Below, in pieces: positions 26,244-40,247 of a stretch of DNA of 64,000 nt. Location of the stretch: positions 26,040,001-26,104,000 of the forward strand of contig OZ024751.1 of assembly GCA_964016885.1 (NCBI GenBank), read 5' to 3'. This DNA is from Eledone cirrhosa. Its lineage: Eukaryota. Each line of letters begins with the position of its first letter. Position 1 is the first letter of the stretch. The position numbers and the translations under genes were made by a program. Under the pieces are notes generated by a model. It ran no database searches. It had not been told where the DNA came from and worked only from the letters and a program-made list of their open reading frames with translations.

Positions 26244-28209
26244 TCGAATCTGTGAGATTTGGGAGTTCAAATTCCACCCAGGCTAACTTTGCCTTTCATC
26301 CTTACAGGGTCGATAAAATAAAGTACCAGTAATGCACTGGGTAATTGCTGGGCTTGTGCCAAAATTACAAACAATTATTTATTTTGAGAACAATAACTTA
26401 ACAACAGTATGAGGGGCCTGTTATAGCTGGTTTAAACAGAAAGAGGTGGGAGAATTGTGGTCAGTTTAAAAACTAAGGGGTTAAAGGAAGTGAGACTGTA
26501 GAAACTCACTTGTAATTGATATAATAATAATAATTGTTTCTACTTTAGGCACAAGGCCAACAATTTTTTTTTTGGGGGGGGGGGGGAGTCGATTAAATCG
26601 ACCCCAGTCTATTACTGGTACTTTATTCTGTCAACCCTGTAAGGATGAAAGACGTACTCGTGTATGCATACACATGTGTGTGTGTGTATACATGCATGCA
26701 AATACACGTAGTGTATACATGTGTGTGTATACAAGTATGTCTATACATGTATATGTATACATATGTATGTATAAATGTATGTCTATACATGTATATGTAT
26801 ATATGTGTGTGTATACAAGTATGTCTATACATGTATATGTATACATATGTATGTATACAAGTATGTCTATACATGTATATGTATACATATGTATGTATAC
26901 AAGTATGTCTATACATGTATATGTATACATATGTATGTATAAATGTATGTCTATACATGTATATGTATACATATGTATGTATACAAGTATGTCTATACAT
27001 GTATATGTATACATATGTATGTATAAATGTATGTCTATACATGTATGTGTCTGTATACATGAGGAGGGCTGAATAAGGGTTTCTTTACAAGGTACATAGG
27101 ACCTATATTTAGGTGGAAGGAACAAATGTGATGTTGATATTACACAAAGGCCCCAGGAGGGGGAAATGGAGACTGCATGTAGTGAGAATTGAAACCACAA
27201 CCAACAAAAACTTGTATAGAACATACTTTGCTCAAAATGTTTTTGAAAAGTATCGTATATATAAATATATATATATATAAACATATAAAATATATACATA
27301 TATGTATATACATTTATAAATATATATATATATATATATACATGTATATATTTACATATACACAAACAAATATGCATGTATGTGCTTATATACATTATAT
27401 ACATATATATATATATGTTTATATGTGTGTATTTATGTATATCTAGGTGTCTGTTAGGAGAATACGTTTTAAAAAGTGTTACATTATTTTGTGTGCGTGT
27501 GTGTGAGTGTGTCTGTGTGTGTGTATGAGTGCGTATGTGTGTGTCTATGTGTGTGTGTCTGTGTGTGAGTGTGTCTATGTGTGTGTTTGTGTCTGTGTGT
27601 GTGAGTGTGTCTATGTGTGTGTTTGTGCCTGTGTGAGTGTGTCTGTATGTGTGTGTGTCTATGTGTGAGTGTGTCTATGTGTGTATGTGAGTATGTGAGT
27701 GTGTCTGTGTGTGTGTTTGTGTCTGTGTGTGTGAGTGTGTCTATGTGTGTATGCCTGTGTGTGTGAGTGTGTCTATTTGTGTGTATCTATGTGTGTATGT
27801 GAGTGTGTCTATGTGTGTATGTGAGTGTGTCTATGTGTGTATGTGAGTGTGTCTATGTGTGTGGGTCTGTGTGTCTGTGTGTGTGTGTGTGTGTGTATGT
27901 ATGTGAGTGTGTCTATGTGAGTGTTTGTATGTGTTTGTGTGTCCTGGGGTGATTTTCAAAGCAAAAACTGAAAAAGTCAAAGAAATCAAACATATTATTA
28001 CTATCCAGAGGAACTACTTCAGTCAGAGGTTCCAAGGATCCGCTAGCCAAGATATTCCAAGACAATAAAGATTCCCTCGCTGATCAACAACACGTAACTT
28101 TAAAAAACGAACTAAAGAAACTTTTTTTTTTAAAAAACAATAAATTGATTTCAATTTCTTTTCTCCTGCTCTTTTGACTTCAAAATTTTCTACACTTTCA
28201 ACTCAACAC

Positions 28210-29200
28210 ATATAATATATATATAAATATATATAAATAAATATAAATAAATAAATAAATAATATAAATATATATAAATATATGAATAAATATAAATATA
28301 TAAATAAATATAAATAAATAAATAATATAAATATAAATATATACAAATATATATAAATAAATATAAATAAATAAATAAATAATATAAATATATATAAATA
28401 TATGAATAAATATAAATATATAAATATATAAATATATATAAATAAATATAAATAAATAAATGATATAAATATAAATATATATAAATATATGAATAAATAT
28501 AAATATATATATATATAAATATATATAAATAAATATAAATGTATAAATAAATAATATAAATATAAATATATAAATATATGAATAAATATAAATATATAAA
28601 TATATATAAATAAATATAAATAAATAAATAATATAAATATAAATATATATAAATATATGAATAAATATAAATATATATATATATAAATATATATAAATAA
28701 ATATAAATGTATAAATAAATAATATAAATATAAATATATAAATATATGAATAAATATAAATATATAAATATATAAATATATATAAATAAATATAAATAAA
28801 TAAATAATATAAATATAAATAAATATATATAAATAAATATAAATAAATAAATATATATAAATATATGAATAAATATAAATATATATATATATAAATATAT
28901 ATAAATAAATATAAATGTATAAATAAATAATATAAATATAAATATATAAATATATGAATAAATATAAATATATATATGTAAATATATATATATATATATG
29001 ATATATAAATACATATGAATATATAAATATATATAAATATATAAGTATATATAAATATATATAAATATATAAAAATTATATAAATATACGAATATATATA
29101 AATATATATAAATATATATATATGTAAATATATAAATATATGTAAATAGATAAATATATGTAAATATATATAAATATATAAATATATAAAATATATATAA
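28210..29200. repeat. Almost pure A/T low-complexity array (TAAA/TA)
   Basis: direct reading. Confidence 0.93.
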
Positions 29201-30150
29201 ATTGAAAATTTCAAAATGCCAAATGTTTTTTCGATGTTTTTGTGTGGGTGTTTTCTTTCCTTATTTTTGTTATTGCTGTTGTTGTTGTTATAGTTGTAGC
29301 AGGTATTATTGTTATCACTGTTATTGTTATTATTATTACCATTATTGTTGTTATTATTATTATTATTATGTTGTTGTTGTTGTTTTCAAATTGTACAAAC
29401 AAACAAAATTAGAATTGAATATTCTAAAGTAAAAAATATATTTTAGTTATTTTATTGTACTGTTTTTTTCATTTCGAGCATTTGTACTTTTGAGGTTGCT
29501 GTTTTTTAATATTTTTTTCACTAAAATTGAATTTATTTATTATTAATTTTAATAATAAAAGACAACTTTTCTTGCCAGAAACTTGTAAAACAGAGAGAAA
29601 GAGAGCAAGAAATATTATTTGGAATAAAATGAAATTAAGAAATTTCAGAAAAAATATTTTAGAAAATATTTTACAAACTGATTGTTTTTTAAAGGTTGTA
29701 GTTTTTTTTTAATATATATTTTGTTTTTGTTGTTTTGTTTGGTTGTTGTTTTTTTTTTTTGGGGGGGGGGTTAAGATTTTACTTTTAAAAACATAATCAT
29801 TCCTTTTATTTATTATTTATTAAAAGTTTGCTTCATTAAATTAACCCCAAAAAAACATTAAATAAATGACTTAAGAGAAATGACACAGAATCCACAGCAT
29901 TGAGCTGCAGCTCAACAGTTAGAAACATAGTGACATACATATACACACATATATATATGTGTATATATATATACATATATATATAAATGTGTGTGTGTAT
30001 ATATATATATCGTCCTCAGAGTTTTTACATTGACATTTCCATATTGTAATGGGTTGAATGGTTCTTTATGAGGCAATGTTTTACTGCCGGAGGCTCTTCC
30101 TAACACTAACCTTTTAAGTCACTCCTTACGACATGCAGACATACACAGGG

Positions 30151-30187
<37 letters not shown>

Positions 30188-30189
<2 letters not shown>

Positions 30190-30358
30190 GTGTGTTTGCT
30201 TTTTACGCCAAGATGCATTCGTGAACATGGCATGTAAAGCAAATTCATGTAATTCAAGTCGTTTATTTCTGATAAATAAAAAAATTAAAAACTACACGCA
30301 TTAGAGACATTAAAGCAAATTCACGTACTTCAAGTTCGTGTAAAAAGCAAACACACTG
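30188..30358. mobile_element. Tc1/mariner-type MITE
   Basis: TIRs cagtgtgtttgctttttac / gtaaaaagcaaacacactg, embedded in TA repeats. Confidence 0.75.
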
Positions 30359-30484
30359 TATATATACATATATATGTGTGTGTGTGTGTCTGGGTCGGAT
30401 GGTTGTGTAATAGTAATATATGTGAACAGCAAAGTATAAACAAATTGAGAGAGAGACTGAGCATAAGAGGAATCAAATGATGTG

Positions 30485-30900
30485 TGCACTCATGTTTTCT
30501 GTTTAATTTTGGTTGGAGTTCGTTAGTATTTGTTGCCTCTGTGATTTGTCTGATCATTGCATCTTTTCTGTGTGTGGATATAATTTTATCTCTATGTTCT
30601 CTAATGTGCCCCTATCTTCTATTTTGGCATGTTGGTGGAGTACTGATGAGTTTTTCCCATCCCGGAGTTCTCACCAGAGTTCACTTATCCTTTCTCCTAT
30701 GCTACAGGATGTTTCACCTATGTATGTTATATTCTTATAACAGTCCCTCAGTATATCTTATGCTATATACTATGTTCCTAGTTTTGCAGTTAATTTGCAG
30801 ACTATGCATTTCCTATCAGCACAGGGGGGGGGGGGGGGTCTTTCAAATGGGTGTTTTGCTAATTAGGGTTTTTATGGGAATACCTGGTCTTTCAACTATC
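30485..30900 (-). mobile_element. Penelope-like element GIY-YIG endonuclease remnant
   Basis: CADRKCIVC..NCKTRNIVYSI...YIGETSCSIGERISE...SSVLHQHA...RQITEA...LNRKHE, with frameshifts. Confidence 0.8.
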
Positions 30901-32218
30901 TAAATATTTAATTTGAGCTTGTCTAGGGCCCTTCTAAATCTATACTGCTATACCAGGTATTGGGTATGACCCCACTCTGTATTACCTGGTTCACTATAAA
31001 GGTAACTAGTTCGATTCTTATTTTTCCAGTTGGTTTCTGCAGTTTTTATTAACCAAATTACATTGACAAGGTGTTAGTTAAGCAGGTGTTATAATACAAG
31101 GTAGTCGCTGGAAGACACACAGTGGGATCACATTCAGAACCATGTGAAATGAACTTCTTAACCACAGAGCCACCTTCAACAACAAAATGAAATCTTTGTT
31201 AAAAGAGACAGAGGTGAGTATATATATGTAACCATATGTATGTATATATCTGTGTATATGTATGTTTGTATGTATGTGTAGGTATGTATATATGTATATA
31301 TGTATGTATATATATGTGTGTATGTATGTTTGTATGTATGTGTAGGTATGTATATATGTATGTATATATCTGTGTGTATGTATGTTTGTATGTATGTGTA
31401 AGTATGTATATGTGTATGTACATAGGTACATGTGTATGTGTGTAGATGTTTGTATGTATGTGTGTGTGTGTTTGAGTGTATGCAGGTATAATGTTGAGGG
31501 GTAAAACCAGTAAGTACTGTTAAAAAACACACACGTACATACACAGAGACACACTCAAATATAGACACACACATACATAGATACATGCATACACACCTCC
31601 ACACACATACACTTCCACACCTCCACACACCTCTACACTTCCACACCTCCACACACACTTCCACACACCACATACATACATAGACACACCTCCACATACA
31701 CACACAAACACATCCACACACATACACGCACAAACACATCCACACCTCCACACACATACACACACACACGCACCACACACATACACACACCTCCCCTCAC
31801 ACACACCTCCACACACACCTCTACACATCACACACACGCACCACACACCACACACACTTGTATAGCACTCCTTTTCATGCCATTTCATTTGGAATCAGTG
31901 TGAAATAATTACAGTCAAACCTAAACACAATTAATGATTCATTAGTTTAACGACTTTCTTGAAAACTTCTACAATCTTTCTACTCCTTTGTTTTGTTTTT
32001 ATTGATGTTTTTGTTTGTTTCCCCTTAATTACAACAACAACATCAACAAAAAACCAATGAAGGAGCTTCTAGACGATAGTTTGACCTTCTAGAACTAACA
32101 GTCACAGTTCCTTCAATGTTCACCTTGATGCCTTCAAAATTGAGAAATGTAGGTTACACATGAATATATTATGTCAGGGAAAGAGACAGCAGCAGCAGCA
32201 ACAAAAACAACAACAGCA

Positions 32219-32266
<48 letters not shown>

Positions 32267-32322
32267 GCAGCAGCAGCAGCAAAAACAACAAAAAGAACAA
32301 CAGAAACAACAGAAAAAATAAG

Positions 32323-32354
<32 letters not shown>

Positions 32355-32442
32355 AACAACAACAGAAACAATGAGAAGAACAACAACAGCAGCAGTAACA
32401 GCAACAGAAACACTAACAATGATTGCTGTAATGTAACAACCA

Positions 32443-32600
32443 AGCGGCCAATTGGCAGAGTCGTTAGAACGTGAGATAGAATACCTTGTGGTATTTGTTC
32501 CGGCTCTCTGCTCTCTGAGTTCAAATCCCGCCGAGGTCAACTTTTGACTTTCATCCTTCCGAGGTCGATAAAAAAAATACCAGTCAAGTACTGGGGTTGA
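32443..32600 (+). mobile_element. Nin-domain SINE (variant subfamily)
   Basis: tggcagagtcgttagaac...gagttcaaatcccgccgaggtcaac...gtcgataaa. Confidence 0.85.
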
Positions 32601-32740
32601 TTCTTTCTCTATATCTCTTTCTCATTTTTCCTCTCTCTCATTTTCTATCCTCCTCGAGAAGAAATCTGCTGTAGTCAGACCTGGAGAGGGAGGGGCTCCG
32701 CCAGGCTGACAAATGCCACAGAAACACTGTATGTCAATAT

Positions 32741-33925
32741 GACACCCCTACCACTCTATCGGGTGTTATGGGACCATCACACCCCTACCACTCTATCAGG
32801 TGTTACAGGACCATCACACCCCTACCACTCTATCAGGTGTTACAGGACCATCACACCCCTACCACTCTATCAGGTGTTACAGGACCATCACACCCCTACC
32901 ACTCTATCAGGTGTTACAGGACCATCACACCCCTACCACTCTATCAGGTGTTACAGGACCATTACACCCCTACCACTCTATCAGGTGTTACAGGACCATC
33001 ACACCCCTACCACTCTATCAGGTGTTACAGGACCATTACACCCCTACCACTCTATCAGGTGTTACAGGACCATCACACCCCTACCACTCTATCAGGTGTT
33101 ACAGGACCATCACACCCCTACCACTCTATCAGGTGTTACAGGACCATCACACCCCAACCACTCTATCAGGTGTTACAGGACCATTACACCCCTACCACTC
33201 TATCAGGTGTTATGGGACCATCACACCCCTACCACTCTATCAGGTGTTACAGGACCATCACACCCCTACCACTCTATCAGGTGTTACAGGACCATCACAC
33301 CCCTACCACTCTATCAGGTGTTACAGGACCATCACACCCCTACCACTCTATCAGGTGTTACAGGACCATCACACCCCTACCACTCTATCAGGTGTTATGG
33401 GACCATCACACCCCTACCACTCTATCAGGTGTTACAGGACCATCACACCCCTACCACTCTATCAGGTGTTACAGGACCATCACACCCCTACCACTCTATC
33501 AGGTGTTATAGGACCATCACACCCCTACCACTCTATCAGGTGTTATGGGACCATCACACCCCTACCACTCTATCAGGTGTTATGGGACCATCACACCCCT
33601 ACCACTCTATCAGGTGTTATGGGACCATCACACCCCTACCACTCTATCAGGTGTTACAGGACCATCACACCCCTACCACTCTATCAGGTGTTACAGGACC
33701 ATCACACCCCTACCACTCTATCAGGTGTTATAGGACCATCACACCCCTACCACTCTATCAGGTGTTATAGGACCATCACACCCCTACCACTCTATCAGGT
33801 GTTATGGGACCATCACACCCCTACCACTCTATCAGGTGTTATGGGACCATCACACCCCTACCACTCTATCAGGTGTTACAGGACCATCACACCCCTACCA
33901 CTCTATCAGGTGTTACAGGACCATA
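32741..33925. repeat. 37-bp minisatellite ~32 copies
   Basis: ggaccatcacacccctaccactctatcaggtgttaca. Confidence 0.97.
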
Positions 33926-34205
33926 CAATGTAACAACTAGAGAAATAGTTGTTTTAAATTTTGTTAGAATAGTCAGGAATTTGTGGAAGGAGAAATCAGG
34001 TTACATTAACTGTAGTGTTTGACTGGAACTTTATTTTATCAACCCTGAAAGGATGAAAAACATGGTGGGATTTGAACTCAGAAGGTGAAGAGTCATAACT
34101 AAAATGCCACAAGTATTTTGTCTGACGATCTACCGATTCTGTTTATCCAATAGTAACAACAATAACATCAACAACTACAGCAGCAATTACAACAATGTAA
34201 CTTAC

Positions 34206-34338
34206 CGTCTACCACAGCAGGTTTCCAGGTTTCCTTGCATGTGTTTTGTATAAACCTCTTTTTTCAGCATGAATCCTAGACTTGGGAAATCTTCTACTCT
34301 GTACAGCAAAGTGTTGTTGTCTGAGGTAGTCTCATATC
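34206..34338 (-). CDS. POMGNT1-like exon
   Basis: gttgtag|...|gtaag; GYETTSDNNTLLYRVEDFPSLGFMLKKEVYTKHMQGNLETCCGR (cf. '[23 protein letters not shown]'); phase 1/2. Confidence 0.92.
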
Positions 34339-34354
34339 CTACAACAAACAACGG

Positions 34355-34384
<30 letters not shown>

Positions 34385-34385
<1 letters not shown>

Positions 34386-34552
34386 ACAAAGGAAATACTT
34401 AGAGTAGTAGAGTGGGTAATAGGAACAAGTAGGACCCCGACGGCTGAGCTCAAGCCGTTTCGACGGCTAATTCTGGACTAAAAAGATTTTTAGTCCAGAA
34501 TTAGCCGTCGAAACGGCTTGAGCTCAGCCGTCTGGCTCCTACTCGTTCCTAT
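34385..34552. mobile_element. Short fold-back palindrome in (TA)n carrying a hammerhead 3' half
   Basis: 34419-34483 is the reverse complement of 34488-34552; GAAA-CGGC..GCCG-TC. Confidence 0.65.
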
Positions 34553-34573
34553 ATATATATATATATATATATA

Positions 34574-34638
<65 letters not shown>

Positions 34639-34855
34639 TGTATAGGTGCAAGAAAATGGCGTCCATAGGTGAGCATTCGATGCTCATGCAGAGCAGAGTA
34701 TAATAGTACAAGAATAAAGAAACAAGGATTCAGTGTTGCATCAAAACATATTTAATAACATATTACATATGTTTCACTGTCGATCAGCTCGAGGAATGAT
34801 CTATTATTGATCGAAATCGACTCTGGAAAGACTCTGAAAGATCCTCAGATATGCC

Positions 34856-35027
34856 TCTGTGTGTGATCTCATCTCTGTGTGTGATCTCATCTCTGTGTGA
34901 GATCTCATCTCCGTGTGTGATCTCATCTCTGTGTGTGATCTCATCTCTGTGTGTGATCTCATCTCTGTGTGTGATCTCATCTCTGTGTGAGATCTCATCT
35001 CTGTGTGTGATCTCATCTCTGTGTGAG
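34856..35027. repeat. 18-bp tandem repeat ~10 copies
   Basis: tctgtgtgtgatctcatc. Confidence 0.95.
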
Positions 35028-35466
35028 ACTTATATTCAGCACATTCTAACAACGTGGTATTCTATGTTCACTCATTGGTTCATTATTTCCCCACCATAGG
35101 TTTATCTCCAAAATAACATCTCTCTCTCATCCAGTCAAGTTGTCGCATGCATTCATGCCATGCATGAAAGACTGTCTGCCCATCTTCTACTACCACACTT
35201 GTTTGAAGCGTTCATTAGGCTATAAGTCTTACTTAGGGGAGACGACTACTGTTTGGACATGAAAGACAAGACAAATACGATCTTACACACATATCTTTGG
35301 TACACATGCACTTAATACAGATCTCTACATATACTCATAAAACACATGTAGACATACACATACACATATACATACACATACCTATAGACACATATGTACA
35401 TACACACATACATACACACACATTTATATATACACACACACGTGTATTTGTGGTTGGAGCAAGACC

Positions 35467-36975
35467 ACAGGGAAGAGAGTGACTTGGTGGTGGAACAATA
35501 AGGTAGATGAGGCAGTTAAGGCTAAGAGACAGGCATGGAAACAATGGAAGAACGGGGGAAGCGCGGTACATTACATAGAGACCAGGAGGTAAGCTAGGGC
35601 GACAAGTATACTTAGCTAGAAGGGAAACAGAGGATAGAAAATTCAAGCAAGTTTTGCAGCATGAGGACCAGAAACAGGAGATGTTCAAGATTGCGAGGCA
35701 GTGTGTCAGAGAGAATTGTGATGTCATTGGAGAGAAGTGTATCCGGAATGATAAAGGTGAGCTTGCCCTCACAAGTGCCGAGAAGAAAGATGCGTGGAAG
35801 AGCCATTATAAAAAATTACTAAATGAGGATAATGCATGGGAAAAAGAGACCCTACCCCAAGTGGACTCTATAGAGGGGCCAGCAGTACAAGTCAGCAGCA
35901 GTGTAGTAAGTAAGGCAATCAAAGATATGAAGACTGGGAAGGCAACCAGTCCATCGGGTAGAGCTGCCGAGATGCTGAAAGCATCTGGGTCGGTAGGTCA
36001 CACCATAACCGCACGTATTGTTAACCAGGTAATACTAGAGGGTGTCATACCAAATGATTGGTGCAGCAGCATCATTGTCAACTGCTACAAGGGTAAAGGA
36101 GATGCACTAGATATAGGAAACTATAGAGGTATAAAGCTGATGGACCAGGTCATGACGGTAACGGAAAGAGTTATAGCACAGCTGATTAGAGACCGGGTAA
36201 AACTAGATGAGATGCAGTTTGGGTTTGTGCCAGGAAAAAGCACCACTGCTGCTCTCTTCCTTGTGAAGCAGTTACAGGAAAAGTACCTAGCTAAAAGTAA
36301 GCCACTCTACCTGGCATTTGACGAGACCTGGGCACTGTGTGTAGAAGACTTGCATAGATTAAAAAGAAACAAAGCTTGCATGCTTCAACAGATCTGTAAT
36401 ACGCGAACAGCAAAGCATAAACGAATTGAGAGAGACTGCACATAAGAGGAATCAAAAGCTATGTGCATTGGTATGGACATGTGATGCGTATGAAAGATGA
36501 TAGCTGCATAAAAAGGTGCAGAACACTAAAAGTCAATGGAAGCCTTGGAGTGGGGAGACCCAAGAAGACCTGGGATGAGGTGATAAAAGCTGACATTGCC
36601 CATTTGCACCTCTCAAAGGCGATAACAGAGGACCATGACCTCTGGCATTACGCAGTAATACAGAAGACCCGACTTCCCACGGGTACACGCCAAAGCTGAA
36701 GCATATAGTCACTGCAAAGTGGTTGTGGAGGTGTCACAACAGAAATCACCCAGCCCACCCTGTACAGTGGTCGTGTAGGCGCCACGGAAAAAAAGCACAC
36801 ATTACTCACTGTAAATGAGGTTGGTGTTAGGAAGGGCATCCAGCTGTAGAAATCAAGCCAAAATCAGTTCCTGTATGAGCAAGATATGGTCACCCAACCT
36901 GACATTGCTCACAACAGGACAATCCATCTAACCCATGCTAGTGTGGAAGATGGACATAAAATGGTGATGATGATG
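35467..36975 (+). mobile_element. RTE-clade LINE, 5'-truncated and internally deleted
   Basis: IPNDW..YKGKGD..NYRGIKL..QFGFVPGKSTT..YLAF joined directly to ETW; WYGHVMRM..GRPKKTW; (TGA)n tail. Confidence 0.9.
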
Positions 36976-37071
36976 ATGATATGTGTGTGTGCGTGTGTGT
37001 ATAAGGATGGTTTTCATACAAATGAAACAGTTCTAGAAGTAATTTCTATATAAAATAAACACACACACACA

Positions 37072-37154
<83 letters not shown>

Positions 37155-37409
37155 TCAAAAAGAGAAAACAGGGCTGTGTGGTTACCAATAAATATTATTT
37201 AGAAAACGTGAATAAAAACACAAACACAAGAATTCCCGCTGTCTTTTGCAGATCACTAATGTTGGAAAGATGGAGAGAAAAGGAAACATAGAAAGATGGA
37301 AAGGGTGACAAAGTGAGGGAGAGAGAGAGGGAGATTGAAATCAATTGAAAAGATAACAAATAGCCAACAAGAATTTTAAATTACAACTATTTTTCTCCAA
37401 TACAGCCAT

Positions 37410-38917
37410 GACCACCACCACACCACCACTACCACTACGGCCATGACCACCACTACCACACCACCACTACCACCACTACCACACCACCACCACCACACCA
37501 CCACCACACCATCACTACCACCATACCCCCACCACCACCACACCACTACCACACCACTACCACCATACCACCACCACTACCACCATACCCCCACCACTAC
37601 CACACCACCACCACCACACCACCACCACACCATCACTACCACCATACCCCCACTACCACCACACCATCACTACCACACCACCACCACCACACCACCACCA
37701 TCACTACCACACTACCACCACCATCACCATACCCCCACCACCACCACCACACCACTACCACACCACCACCACCACACCACCACCACACCATCACTACCAC
37801 CATACCCCCACCACCACTACCACACCATCACTACCACACCATCACTACCACACTACTACCACCACCACCACCACTACCATCATCATCATGGAAATAAGTA
37901 ATTAACAAACAAACTAAAAGCTTCATTAGAAATGTAAATAATATATAAAGATAAAGACAGGCTCCATACTTGTGTGTGAGGAAGGGGAGGTAAGGACAGG
38001 GGAGATAATAAGAATAGGTCCTTCCATGACATTTGGGGGCTTGAGGACATCTTTTAGTGTCAACATTAGATGATAATAATCAGATATTAAATAACTGGAT
38101 ACTATTACATATAATACAATCATCACCACAATCACCATCATCACCACCACCATCACCACCACCATCACCACCACCATCATCATCATCACCATCACCACCA
38201 TCATCACCACCACCATCACCACCACCATCATCACCACCATCATCACCACCACCACAATCATCATCACCATCATCAACACCACCACCATCATCACCACCAC
38301 CATCACCACCACCATCACCACCACCATGATCATCATCACCACCACCATCACCATCATCACCACTATCACCACCACCACCACCACCAGTACTACCACCACC
38401 ACCATCACCATCATCATCACCACCATCATCACCACTATCACCACCACCATCACCACCACCATCACCACCACCATCACCATCATCATCACCACCATCATCA
38501 CCATCATCACCATCGTCACTACCATCATCACCACCATCAGCATCACCATCATCACCACCATCACCACCATCATCACCACCACCATCACCATCACCACCAT
38601 CACCATCATCACCATCATCACCACCATCACCACCACCATCACCACCATCACCACCACTACCACCATCACCACCACCATCACCATCACCACCACCATCACC
38701 ACCACCATCACCACCATCACCACCACCATCACCACCACCATCACCATCACCACCATCACCACCACCACCACCATCACCATCACCATCACCACCATCACCA
38801 CCACCATCACCACCACCATCACCATCATCACCACCACCATCACCACCACCATCACCACCATCACTACCACCATCACCACCACTACCACCATCACCATCAC
38901 CATCACCACTATCATCA
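37410..38917. repeat. Two (CAC/CAT)-rich arrays (37410-37890, 38120-38917)
   Basis: direct reading. Confidence 0.93.
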
Positions 38918-39800
38918 ATCACAGAAAGACAGGAATGAATGTTCAACTCCCGCTGTGGTGTCCCACTTTGGGCCCCTGTCTTCTACCATAAAGGCCTTAT
39001 AAACAATAAGTTTTTTACAAAAACTAAACATTCTTACAAAGAAAACCTCATATTTTCGTTCTTGTTCTTTGCCCACCTATTCCTGGGTGGGTCATGGTTC
39101 TTCAGACACGCCTTCCAGTGGGTCCTATCAGAAGAAACTGTCTCCAAATGACCTGGGTGGATCCCCAAATGAGACCAACTGTGCTCATGAATGTTATCCA
39201 ACCATCTTGCTTATGGTCTGCCTCAGAGTCTCCTGCTGGTTGATTTTACCCATAAAATCTGTCCAGCAATTCTTCCTTTAGACATTCTACCCACAAGTCC
39301 ATAATATCAGAGCTGTGATCTTTCTATGTGGAGAACTAGTGGCTCTAATTGGAGCAACTCCCTGATTTTATAGCTATGCACTCTATGAAGTAACTTTACT
39401 CTAAAGGCTCTTTGGGGAGCTTCATTTCACTTGCTTGTATTTGTGATCACTGATCATATTTTTTCAGTGATTAAACAAGATTCATGACCATAGGTGTGGA
39501 TAAGCACAAATGCAAAATTTGGCTTTTACATCTACCGTCCTTCTGAACCAACAAACTATCGTGATCAAACAAATTTTTTTCTGTTCATGTTGGGATATTT
39601 GATGGTTTAAAGGTGTTTTATTGGTTTCACTCATTTGACTGTGGCCAAACTGGAGCCTAACCCTAACCCTGCTCCATTGGACTATGGCCAAACTGGAGCC
39701 TAACCCTGCTCCATTTGACTGTGACCAAACTGGAGCCTAACCCTAACCCTGCTCCATTGGACAGGTGATCAGGGTCTGAGTCAGTTCTTGTTTAGAGTTA

Positions 39801-39980
39801 CCGTATTTCCCGGCATCAAAGACGATTCATCCTCGAGGACACACCCTAATTTTAACAACCAAAATTTTTGAAAAGGCTTTGAAAAAAAATAATAAACAAC
39901 CTTCGGCTTCCAGGACACATGGTAGATTTTTTAGACTTATTTTAAGACAAAAGTAGTGTCTTCAATGCTGGGAAATATTG
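39801..39980. mobile_element. Tc1/mariner (pogo-like) MITE with TA TSD
   Basis: ta|ccgtatttcccggcatcaaagac ... gtcttcaatgctgggaaatattg|ta. Confidence 0.7.
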
Positions 39981-40034
39981 TACTTTTTTTCAAGATGGGC
40001 CATGAAAGGTAAAAGTTAAAAATGGAAGTCTTAC

Positions 40035-40161
40035 CATTATAATTCCAAGCAGAAACAGCTAACAATGAAGAATCTTGTTCCAATATTGGCATTGATTGTG
40101 CCATATAGAATAGGAAGTCTGGTGACAACAACAGCTCCTCTTCAATGAAGATTATATAATC
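40035..40161 (-). CDS. POMGNT1-like exon carrying the DxD-equivalent motif
   Basis: gtttcag|...|gtaaga; DYIIFIEEELLLSPDFLFYMAQSMPILEQDSSLLAVSAWNYNG, the classic GT13 segment (EED...DF...SAWN); phase 0/1. Confidence 0.93.
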
Positions 40162-40247
40162 CTGAAACATAAATACACAGATTAACAACAGTAACAAGAA
40201 ATTACCCAAATATAAAGATCTAGAAATAGAAATAACTCATATGTGTA

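Noticed and set aside
25691-26332. 213-aa repeat ORF and repeated acceptor-like ttttcacag
   Set aside because: MITE-derived 72-bp array on the strand opposite the gene; non-ATG start
32739-33933. ORFs open in all three plus frames; CRISPR-like 37-bp periodicity
   Set aside because: Head-to-tail tandem units with no unique spacers and no cas genes; eukaryotic intron; frames cycle because 37 is not a multiple of 3
35654-36445. 263-aa ORF as a host gene
   Set aside because: RTE ORF2 remnant lacking the RT catalytic core
37926-38991. GD-rich, T/I-rich and extensin-like ORFs
   Set aside because: (CAC/CAT)n microsatellite translations
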